From contig NC_042998.1 of NCBI RefSeq assembly GCF_006345805.1, positions 135,098,001 through 135,162,000 on the forward strand: a DNA stretch of 64,000 nt. Direction: 5' to 3'. Origin of the DNA: Octopus sinensis (taxonomy: Eukaryota). How positions within the stretch are numbered: position 1 is the first letter of the stretch; the number at the start of each line of letters is the position of its first letter. Both the position numbers and the translations under genes were made by a program. Positions 25,794-37,700 of the stretch are shown in pieces. Under the pieces are notes generated by a model. That model ran no database searches, was not told the DNA's origin, and worked only from the letters and a program-made list of their open reading frames with translations.

Positions 25794-28700
25794 TTGGGTT
25801 GAGTGGTTCATTTGTTGGAACAGTTGTTTATATAGCAGGATGCCCATTTTGTAAAGTAAATGGCCCTGATTTTTGTGTGCCACACAAACTGGAATGGACA
25901 GTTAGCTGTTGTGCTCAGAAGTTGGTATACCATAATGACATTAGTAAGATCTGCAAAGTAACTTCATCTTATAACCATTGTCCCTCTTGGATTTGAATTA
26001 AGTAAATACAGATGGTCATGGCTGAACACAAACCACATTAATCTCACAGGTCTCCCTGTTTGATTAACAAATAAAATAAATATTTTGAATGTGTTTTAGA
26101 AATATCAGTTTATTTGATTTAAATATTTCAACAACTTTTGGAAAACTGTCAAATAGTTTCTGCCTTATTTACTATTATCTTTTTATTCAAATTCTGTCAG
26201 CTTTCCCCCCTCTTCTTTCTTTTCCTTTTTTTTTTGTTATCCCCCCATTTGTTTCTCTGAGAGGTAATATTTCTCCATGGCCAAACATTATTTTTGTTAC
26301 CAATCTTTCATGAAAATATGTCTGGCCATAAGGAAATATTATCTTGCTTGGAAACAAGTTAGGATTGACAAGAAGAAGGGTATCTAGCAGTAGAATATCT
26401 GCTTCTATGAATTCTGCCTGACAGATGCAAACATGGAAATGTGGATGTTTAAAGTGATTATGATGATCATCATCATTTAGAATCAATTCTTAAAATGATT
26501 ATCTGTTTATTTATTGTGTGACAAATTACATTCCTTATGAGCTGAAAATATCTCTCAATGATTTAAGGGCTCTTAAGTTTAGTTTATATTACATGTCATA
26601 CATTATCTTATATATTTTGCTATGATTACATCACATTATAATTTCATATTGTCTTATGTTAAGAAAAGTTTGACTTGGTTATATTGTATTGTCTAACCTA
26701 TGCCTGCATGGAAGGCAGATGTTAAGCGATGATGATTGTATTTACTGATTTTCTGTTTTTTTTTCTTTTGTTTTCAGAATAGCAAGGGATATGCAAAAGA
26801 TATTGACAAATTAAAATTAGAACTATACAAATCGAAGTAAGTTAACTTCTAAAATTTATAAGTGACCAATTACAGTGCTGTTTATTTAGATTGAATTCTG
26901 AAAATCACTTTAGTTATTTTGGTTTCCAACAGATTATTTAGAATAGGTATTACCATGAATTTTTGAAAATATTTAAACCTTACTTCTACTGTATTTTATC
27001 TTGGAGCACATCTAAAAAGAAATATTTTGAAACCTCATTTGTAAAATTTGGATGAATATTTTTGGAAATATGACAGTTTAAATGGTCAGTGAATTGGTTG
27101 AAATTTTGCCTTATTAGGCCTAAATGAATAATTAGCCATATTTGTAATGTTATATCTTTAAAACTGAGGTGACAATCATCTTCAAATTACACAAATTGTG
27201 TCCATGGGATAGCAGTTGCCTATTTTTTCCAGATTCTTCAAGATTAAACTTTAATTTTCACACTTTTTAAAACCTTTATGTAAAGCCTAAATAGTTGATT
27301 TCATGATGTGAGCATAAGCTTTTCATATGTTTTGAGACTTAGCTAAATCCAAAAGTACAAGCCACAAAGACTTGAGTTATAGTACATCTGTAGTAGGCAT
27401 AGAACTAAACAAATCCTGAGATTTTGGGACATAATACCATTTCAATAAAATTTTGATGAGCTTTTAAAAATTGATATAAACAATTTAATGGCTGAGTTTC
27501 AGATCAGGATGCCAACATAAATTGAATTTTCTGTGTTTTGACTGGGATTTTTCCAATTTGTTTTTCATCATGTCCTTGGAGATGGAGGAGAAGCTTTTTA
27601 TGAAAAAATCTTTTTGAGAATTTATGATTTTCACCTTCCCCTGCATCAATTTTGACCATTTTTTTTTTGGCACTGCACACTTGATCAAAAGAATATGAGA
27701 AGAAAGTTCTATCCAGAACTTCCAAATGATATATAATTGTCTACAGAAAAAAAAATGTATTGTGACATGAAATTGATCAAGCAAACAGTGGGTTTTTGCA
27801 TGGTCAGACTGTATAAAAACTTCCATAGCAGCTTATGAAGTGTTATCATCATTTGGTACCTGAGATGAATATTATAAGATAAAAATCTCTTGTATATTTC
27901 TATTTTTGTGATAACTCTGGTTACTTTGAGGAAGTCTTTGCTAACTTGCTAGGTAATGTGGCTGATTTGCAAATGTCGACTATTTCTATATTTTCCAATA
28001 ATAATAATGGTTTCAAATTTTGGCACAAAGCTAGCAATTTTTGGGGAGGGGTAAGTCAATTATATTGACCCTGGTGTTCACTTGATACTTATTTTGTTGA
28101 CTCCAAAAGGTGAAAGGCAAAATCAACCTCATCAGAATTTAAACTCAGAATTTAAAGATGGACTTAATGCTGCTAAGAATTTTCCCCGGCATTCTAACAA
28201 TTCTGCCAGGCCACTGCTTTAATAATAATAATAGGTACAGGTATAGCTGTGTGGTAACAAGTTTGCTTCCTAATCAGATGGTTTTAGGTTCATTCCCACC
28301 TTGGGCATGTGTCATCTATAACCCTGGGCCAACCAAATCCTTGTGCATTGATTTTTGGAAACGGGCAAGAGTTGGAGATAGGAAGGACATCTAGCCATAG
28401 AAAATTCACTTCAAAAATTCTGTCTGACTCATGTAAGCATGGAAAAGTGGGTGTTAAAACAATGATGATAATGACCACAGAATCCAAATCTTTGAAAACA
28501 TACCTTGTTTAGATTCAAATAATGAAAAGGATTTGGATTGTTCAAATCAGTCTTCTCTTACAGGCATTTGAATATTGGCACTGTGTAACAATTTCTTTCG
28601 ATGTACTAAATTAAGTGAAAAAAAAAAATGGTTCATTGGTAGAAAAATTACATATGAAAATAAAATAATTTTATAACTATTTTGAGATAACTCCTAGACA

Positions 28701-31700
28701 ATATTGTTGAATATTCAATATTTAGAAGATTAAGACTATAATATATATTTTGTTTTTTAGTTACAAGAACTAGATATGGAATTATTATTTGCACCATCTA
28801 CAGTGAAATCTGGAAATAATATTTGCATGTTTATTTTTAACACATCTAGGCAGGTTTGGACACAAATTTTGGGACTACCCAAAACTGCTGGCTTTGTTTA
28901 TGCTTTCAGCAAACAAATTGTTTGCTGATTGGTCATGCCAATCACATTACAGCACTAGTAAAGTTGTCATACAGTTTGCAAGACTATGAACCCTGAGGGA
29001 GCAACTTTCTGCTAGGAGATAGGTAAAATATGAGAAATGGGGCCAGGACAGAACCAGTTTCTTGCTGTAGAGGAGCTACATGACTACTCACATTTTAGAA
29101 GAAAGGGTGAGAGTGCTTAAGGGGAGCCAGAGAGGGGTGGAGTAGTGTAATATTAATATCCTTATTGAAATATTTATTAATGTGAGATCATATTATCCTA
29201 TCACAAGCAAACCACAGTTCTAGTCCCACTGGGTACCCATCTCCTATAGATATCTACACGCTTTTCATGTTTATAAACTGATTTATATTTTTCTTTCCAG
29301 TAAATGTATAAATTATCTATGAGACATGTCATTTTATTTCTTAAACTTTGTCATGCTCAGTTTGTTTATAGCTTTTCAAAATATTTGTTTTGTTTTCCCA
29401 GTCAAACTGTGGAGGAATTACAACAGCAGTTATCTGAACTGAATGGGAAACTCAGTTCAAAGGTAAAAACAAAATTTATATTTTTTTAATAAAGAATACG
29501 CACAGATCATGAATGGCTAAAAGTTAAGTGAATCGTCCAACCTCGCTACAACTACCTTCTTTCTTGCACTTATCCTTATTCTTTCTCTATTCTTCAATTT
29601 CCATCTCATTGTATTGTCACTCATTCTTTCAGTATTCCCTCATTACCCTGTCTAGCTCAAACATTTTTTTTTTTTTCGTTTAGACTTGTCTCCAGGTTCA
29701 TAGCCACTCTGATTTTTCAATTTTTCAATTAGTATTGTCTCCCGATTCATACAAACCCATTTGCTAGCTCACGATTAACAGAACCTCTTTACTCAGCTAC
29801 GGTGTTATATTAGCTATCAATAATGATATTCCCTCTGATTTTTCTGATTTTCAAACCTATTTATCTAATGTTTATTTATCGACAATGCCGTCCCCAGTCA
29901 AATTCCCTCACACCGCTTATTGTCACGTGTCCCTTGACCTCTCTCTCTAACTAACCGTATCTCTCTCTCGCTATGTCTCCCCTTCCCATAACCATCATCG
30001 CCATGGTCCTCTATGCCCCCCCCCCTCCCCAAAACCATCATCGCCATACATAAAAGAGCCATCGCATTATCGTTAACCCCACTCGCTTCAAAATATCTAA
30101 AGAATACGCACAGATCATGAATGGCTAAAAGTTAAGTGAATCGTCCAACCTCGCTACGACTACCTTCTTTCTTGCACTTATCCTTATTCTTTCTCTATTC
30201 TTCAATTTCCATCTCATTGTATTGTCACTCATTCTTTCAGTATTCCCTCATTACCCTGTCTAGCTCAAACATTTTTTTTTTTTCGTTTAGACTTGTCTCC
30301 AGGTTCATAGCCACTCTGATTTTTCAATTTTACAATTTTTCGTTTAGTATTGTCTCCCGATTCATACAAACCCATTTGCTAGCTCACGATTAACAGAACC
30401 TCTTTACTCAGCTACGGTGCCCCCGCCCTCCCACCCCCACCACGCATGCAGGAAGTTCCTATTCTCTTCCATTCCGGGGTTGCTTCCCATGAAGACTGCA
30501 AATGCTCTCACCATCCATACCCCTCCCTACCCCTAGTCTCGACCTATGTAAGGTAATGTTCATACAGTGCAAAATATGAAAGGCTAGCGTTATGCAGGTT
30601 GTACTGAAGGCTACTTTACTACTTCATTTCTTGCACATGAATTCTGCCAAATGCGAGCTTTCTTTTCAGGTACACGAAGCTACTGTCCACCGTCCCAGGG
30701 TCTCTAGAGCCCATGCCTTCCACACCCTCAGGGTTGGCACCCTCAACGTTGGCACTCTGAAAGGTAGGTCTGGTGAGATAGTCGAGATGCTTGAACGGAG
30801 ATGTGTGGATATATGTTGCATGCAAGAAATAAGGTGGAGAGGAGGATCAGCTAGGTTCCTCACAGGCAAGGAACGCAGGTACAAGATTTTCTGGGCAGGG
30901 AACACTGACGGGGTTGGTGGCGTGGGTATACTTATCGCTGATAAATGGGTAGATAAAGTAATTGAGGTAATCAGAGTAAGTGACAGAATACTTAAGATTA
31001 GATTAGTGCTTCATCATAGTTTAGCAACCATTATATCAGCCTATGCTCCTCAGTCGGGGCTACCCGATGGACAGAAAGACCGATTCTATGACACTCTACT
31101 GCAGACTACCTCATTGACGAACGACAGAGACCTTATCTTTGTGGCTGGTGACTTCAATGGTCACGTTGGACGACATGCTGGGGGCGTACATGGAGGCTAT
31201 GGCTATGGCTCCCGCAACGAGGAGGGAACCAGGCTGCTGGAGTTCTGCGATGCAAATAATCTTATGATTTGCAACACTAACTTCAGGAAACCTACCAGCC
31301 ACCTAGTCACTTACCAATCGGGCCAACATACCAGCCAAATTGACTACATCCTTACAAGGCAAAGGGAGAGATGGCTGCTTATAAATGCCAAAACCTTCCC
31401 AGGTGAAGAATGTACCCCACAACATAGACTGGTAGTTAGTGACTTTAGGATCAGGACTAGGAGGACAACCAGAAGACGACAAATATGGAGAAGAAGGATC
31501 TGGAAGCTTAAAGATCCTGCAAATGGACAGAGATTTAGGGACATATTACTTGAAGCCTCTGACGAAGTAGAAGGGGATAGAGCATCACAGGGGGTAGAAG
31601 ACAGCTGGACGTTTCTAAGGGACAACCTGCTGAGAGCCACTGACCAGATCTGTGGCTGGTGCAAAGTCCCCTCTCGACCTAGAATAACGTGGTGGTGGAA

Positions 31701-34700
31701 CAATATTGTAGACAGGGCTATTAGAGAAAAGAGACAGGCTTGGAAGGTCTGGAAAAATGGGGGTAGCAGGGAATTGTATCAGACTGCCAAAAGAGAAGCT
31801 AGGAGACAGGTTTATTTAGCCAGAGGGGAAGCAGATAAGAAAAAATTTGCCAATGTTCTGCGCCGTGAGGACCAAAGACTGGAGGTGTTTCGTGTTGCAA
31901 GACAGTGTTGAGAGAGAATCGTGATGTGGTAGGAGAGAAGTGTGTTCGCATGGAAGATGGTTCACTTGCGCTAAATGAGGATGCGAAGAGAGAGGTTTGG
32001 AGATGCCACTATGAAAGGTTGCTGAATGAAGAAAATGAATGGGATAAAGAGAGTCTGCCGAATGTTGACCCAACAGAGGGACCAGCTATCCGAGTTGATA
32101 GTTCTGTGGTAGCTAAGGCAATTAGAAGCATGAAGACAGGGAAAGCCCCAGGCCCATCAGGAATCACTGCAGAGATGCTCAAAATGTCTGGTAGTGTCGG
32201 CTATAGCCTAGTCACCCATATAGTTAATCAGGTGATACACAAAGGGGTCATACCCAATGACTGGTGTAGCAGTATAATAGTCAACTGCTACAAAGGTAAA
32301 GGTGATGCCCTAGATACAAATAACTACAGAGGTATCAAGCTGTTGGACCAGGTGATGAAGGTTACGGAGAGGGTCATAGCCCAACTAATTAGAGAGAGAG
32401 TTAGTTTAGATGAGATGCAGTTTGGGTTTGTGCCAGGGAAAAGTACTACTGATGCTATATTCCTGGTAAGGCAGCTGCAGGAGAAATACCTAGCCAAAGA
32501 TAAGCCCCTGTACCTGGCTTTTGTTGACATGGAGAAAGCCTTCGACAGGGTCCCCCGATCCCTTATCTGGTGGGCAATGAGAAAACTAGGGATAGATGAA
32601 TGGTTAGTGAGAGCTGTGCGGGCCATGTATAGGGACGCCGCTAGTAGGGTGAGGGTTGGAAATGAGTACAGTGAAGAATTCCGGGTAGAGGTAGGGGTCC
32701 ACCAAGGCTCAGTACTCAGCCCCCTCCTATTTATCATAGTCCTCCAGGCAATAACGGAGGAATTCAAGACAGGATGCCCTTGGGAGCTCCTCTATGCTGA
32801 TGACCTTGCTCTAATTGCTGAGTCGCTATCAGAACTGGAGGAGAAGTTTCAGGTGTGGAAACAAGGATTAGAATCGAAGGGCCTCAGAGTCAATCTAGCT
32901 AAAACCAAAGTCGTAATCAGTAGGAAGGTAGACAAATCACAAACACCTTCAGGTAGATGGCCCTGCTCGATCTGTAGAAAAGGTGTAGGTAGAAACTCTA
33001 TAAGATGCACCAAGTGTAAGCTATGGACACATAAGAGATGCAGCAATGTCAAAGGAAGGCTAACTAGGAAGATGGTTTTTGTATGTGGCAGATGCTCAGG
33101 AACAATAAACACTGAAAATGCTCTGAGACCAACTTCCGTCACTTTCCAGGGAGAAAAACTAGAAATAGTTGATAGTTTCCGTTACCTAGGTGACCAAGTC
33201 AGCAGCGGGGGTGGGTGTGCTGAAAGTGTAACTGCTAGAGTAAGAATAGCTTGGGCAAAGTTCAGAGAGCTCTTACCTCTGCTGGTGACAAAAGGCCTCT
33301 CGCACAGAGTGAAAGGCAGACTGTATGATGCGTGTGTACGAACAGCCATGCTACATGGCAGTGAAACATGGGCCGTGACTGCTGAGGATATGCGTAAGCT
33401 CGCTAGAAATGAAGCCAGTATGCTCCGATGGATGTGTAATGCCGGTACTCACACTCGGCAGAGTGTAAGTACCTTGAGAGAAAAGCTGGACCTAAGAAGC
33501 ATCAGTTGTGGTGTGCAAGAGAGACGTTTGCGCTGGTATGGTCATGTGGCGAGAATGGATGAAGATAGTTGTGTGAAAAAGTGCCACACCCTAGCGGTTG
33601 AGGGAACCTGTGGAAGAGGCAGACCCAGGAAAACCTGGGACGAGGTGGTGAAGCACGACCTTCGAACTTTAGGTCTCACTGAGGAAATGACTAGAGACCG
33701 AGACCTCTGGAAGTGTGCTGTGCGCGAGAAGACCCGGCAGGACAAGTGAGTCCACAACCCGTGGCCTTCTACATGGGATGGAGCCAGCCTACGTATGCAT
33801 ACCTTCCCTTCTTGGGACACAAAACTCTACTTGTGAAGACGTGTTGAGGCAAGTGAGGATCAGAATCGAAATCGATCAATGGAAATTGCGGATGTGCTAC
33901 CAGTGCCGGTGGCATGTCGAAACTCTGCTTGTGAAGACCCATTGAGGCAAGTGAGGATCAGAATCGAAATCGATCAATGGAAATCGATCAATGGAAATTG
34001 CAGATGTGTTACCAGTGCCGGTGGCATGTAAGAGAACTTTCCGTTTCGCGACCGTTGCCAGCACCGCCCCGTTTCGTGTCCGTTGCCAGCCTCGCCTGGC
34101 CCTCGTGCCGGTGGCACATAAAAAGCACCATCCGTTCGTGGCCGTTTGCCAGCTCTGTCTGGCACCAGTGCGGGTGGCACGTAAAAAGCACCCACTACAC
34201 TCACGGAGTGGTTGGCGTTAGGAAGGGCATCCAGCCGTAGAAACACTGCCAGATTTGACTGGGCCTGATGAAGCCTTCTGGCTTCACAGACCCCAGTAGA
34301 ACCGTCCAACCCATGCTAGCATGGAAAACGGACGCTAAATGATGATGATGATGATGATGATGTTTTAACACAAATAAGATTTCACTGTAAATTAAAGAAT
34401 ATATAATTTCCGTCTGTAAGTTTTCATTCTTACATGCATTTAATTCTTGTGACATTAATCCTTTACAGGTGTCAGACTGTTTGGCTCACGAACAAAATGT
34501 AGAGGATCTTCGAAAGAAATTGGAAATGGCTGAGTTGTACACTCAGCAGGTAAGCTTTATTTTCAATCTGGATGTAAAGTAGCAAGATGGTGAAATTGCA
34601 ATGTAGATAGAGCAATAAAAGCTAAAGACAAGCTTTGAAAGACTGAAGGAAAGAGAGTGGGTTGTTAAGAAAGAAGCTAAGTGACATAGCTGAGAGAAGC

Positions 34701-37700
34701 AGAGCTGAATGTTTGCTCGTGTTCTATGATGAGGGGATCAGAGTCATGATGTTCTGGATTGCAAAGCAGTGTCAGCATAAATCAAGATGTAGAGAAAAAG
34801 TGTTTGAAATGAGTGATATACTGACTCGTGGTGTATAGGAGGAAGCAGAAGTACCCCATATACACTCAAGAGATATTAGTTGCTGAGATACTGAAAATAC
34901 CTGAAGTATGCATTTCACATAATCAACCAGATGTTACAGGGAAGTGTTATACTCAGTGACTGATATAGCAGTGTAATTGTTAATTGCTACAAGAATGAAG
35001 ATGCTTTGGAAAGAAGTAACTACAGAGGCTTCAGACTGATGGAGCAGGTTATGAAAATAATGAAGAGCATTAGAAAATTAATTAGAAAGAGCATCAACTT
35101 TGAGATATAGTTTTGATTTGTGTCAGGTCATTGTACTACTATTACTCTTTTCATAGTGAGACAAGAGTTCAACATTCCAATATCTCTCCCAATTCACTGG
35201 CTCTAAGTAATAATATAAAATGCTGACCACAGATATAGAGAAGAATGTCCATTTTTATTTTCATTTATTACCTCTTTGGTTGATATTGGGTTAACTATTT
35301 CTTTTGATTCTGACTAGGATTAGAGGCTTACATAGAACCAAGTCTTACTTTATTATTTTTTTTCTTTCCAGCTCAGTAGCCAGAGTGATAAAGAGTCTCT
35401 TAAACTTATTGATTCATTGCAACAAGAACGGGAGGAGTACATTAAAAAAGTTGAACATGTGAGTAACACATTTTTGTTATTGTTGTTTAGCTCCAGATCA
35501 CCACTGACATGCAGATCTTTAGTCAAAAGTGTTCCAAATGAGACTTCCCCAACCATAATGTAGATACTTGGTTGGGGTTACAATATCTGTGTCCTTTGTT
35601 AAGACAATGAGTACCTTTTGAGAGATTTGGTTGTTAGTTTTAGCAGAGTATTAGTTTCTGCTTCTCTCATTGGCTCACAACTCATAGAAGTTTCTGTGTA
35701 TTTATGCCCTTTTATCTTTTTGTGTTAAAATCTTATCACAACAGATTAACCTTTTATGTCTTTTGTTCATTGGCTTCCACCACTCTCACTATGGCCATAC
35801 TAAAAAATCACCATGTGGTTTACTGCAGTCTTGTGCATGGTATTTGGTTAATTAGAGAGCTTGATATTGCTACCCTCATTTAAAGTAATGTAGGTTCTTC
35901 CAGGATTGTAAGCAGTAGAATGTCCAAGCACTGATTGAAAGTGTTGACATCTACTCTATGCATATCCATTATGTTTTGAGGAAGATATTTAAACTCAAGC
36001 TTCTGTAGTACACAAGCCTTACTTGAAAAGGATATGGTGGAACTTCTGACATTATGCAATGATGATCATTTAATTGGATTTGCAAAGCTTTTAATACCAA
36101 ATATTGGTGTACATCATTCCAGGATCTTCTTGATGTAGATAACTACAAATCTTTCCTTTTTTTCTATTCCAAAAACGTCCCCAGCATTCCAGTCTCTCTT
36201 TATAGTTTTACTGGTGCATAGAAGCAATCCTCTTTGTATTGGACTGTTGGATTACTTCTGTAATAAGTTTGATTGTATGAGGTGACCATATCTGAGAGTA
36301 GTAACCTTTGTGATGAAGAACAACCATCTTTCACAAAACCAGCCTATTTTTGTTTCTCCTCTTATTGTAAATGTTGTTATACATAATTCCCAGGTTTCAC
36401 AGAGATTCTGACTCTAAGATTGTAGTTTCTCTTGGCTTTGTATATCCAAACTGCAATGCATTCTGAGGTACTGGTTGCAAAGTACTTGAAACTTACCTGC
36501 ATTAAATTGCATATTATTTTCACCATCTTTTATCTTTTACTTGTTTCCGTCATTAGTCTGTGGCTATGCTGAGGCACTGCTTTGAACAATTTGTTTTAGT
36601 CACCTTTATATAATATTGAGGTGCTTCTATTGGTTATTGATATTGTCTTGTTTCTTGATTGTCCTTGACCTTTCATATCCTTAGCATAACTATGTAAGGA
36701 TTGAGGGTATGTCTGAGAAAACTTTTACCAATATTAATGGTTCTAAGAGCATTCTTGATTATAATAAGGTATTTTACTCTGAATTGCTGATTTTTGGAGG
36801 GGAGATCGTTGTTACCTGTTTAGTATGGTGGTTAGTCATATATTCTTTGGATATTCATGATGTGAGGTTGATTGCATCTGTAGACAACGATCACACTAAA
36901 ATTTGAGCTTTATTAGTCCATATTGTGATATTTACGAATGTACATCCAATAAATTTATGGAACAATGTTCAGTGAACATAATGATTGGGAATCTTGTGTA
37001 TATAGATGTCTAAGTGAGTGAATACCCTCCATCAGGCATTTACAATACTCTGAACGCCTTGCTTCCCTGGGCATAAATACATTGAAGCTCTGACGTCTGG
37101 CAACTGACCTAGTAAATACCAACAACCACCTCAAGCACCTGTTTTGAGTTCCATATGTCTAACACGCATGGGCATGCATACCAAGTCAGAAAACAGCACA
37201 GCTCTCATGACTTTCAGAAACATTTTTCACACTCGAGAGTTGCTGAAGTATGGAGCAAACTACCTGCATCAGTTGTTAGTTGCCAAGACATTGCATCCTT
37301 TAAAACCTCCATGCTTCCTGAAATTCACCAACACTACACTTTATATTCCCACTTCCATATGCAATATCATGACTCATACACTGTTCACTTTCCTGACTTT
37401 TGTATATAATACTATGTACTTACATGCACCTTTGATGAGTTGTAGTGCACCTGAGCACTATACACAATAATTTCATTATTATTATTATTTGCTGGATAAT
37501 ATTATGAAAGTAGTGTGAGGAATATAAACCACTGCATATAATTGTCTTACTTGACATTACAAGTTAAGGTTGGTACCTTAAGCATGTTATATCAGAAAGT
37601 GAAAGATGAGAGACAGACCAATTTGCTGGGACAAGCAACAAATTCCCTTAGATAGCTGGTAGCTCTCTTGTCTGAAATTGAAGAGATGAGAGAGAGCCGA

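Larger units (their letters stand above)
29490..34362 (+). mobile_element. RTE-clade LINE copy B, full-length, one frameshift
   Basis: 5' UTR, APE endonuclease, RT and 3' UTR with (TGA)n tail; candidate TSD TTTTAA at 29484-29489 and 34363-34368. Confidence 0.95.

Noticed and set aside
29881-29925. Faint resemblance to antisense 28S rRNA (ccccagtcaaa.tccc)
   Set aside because: Short, gapped and from memory only; no flanking rRNA similarity.
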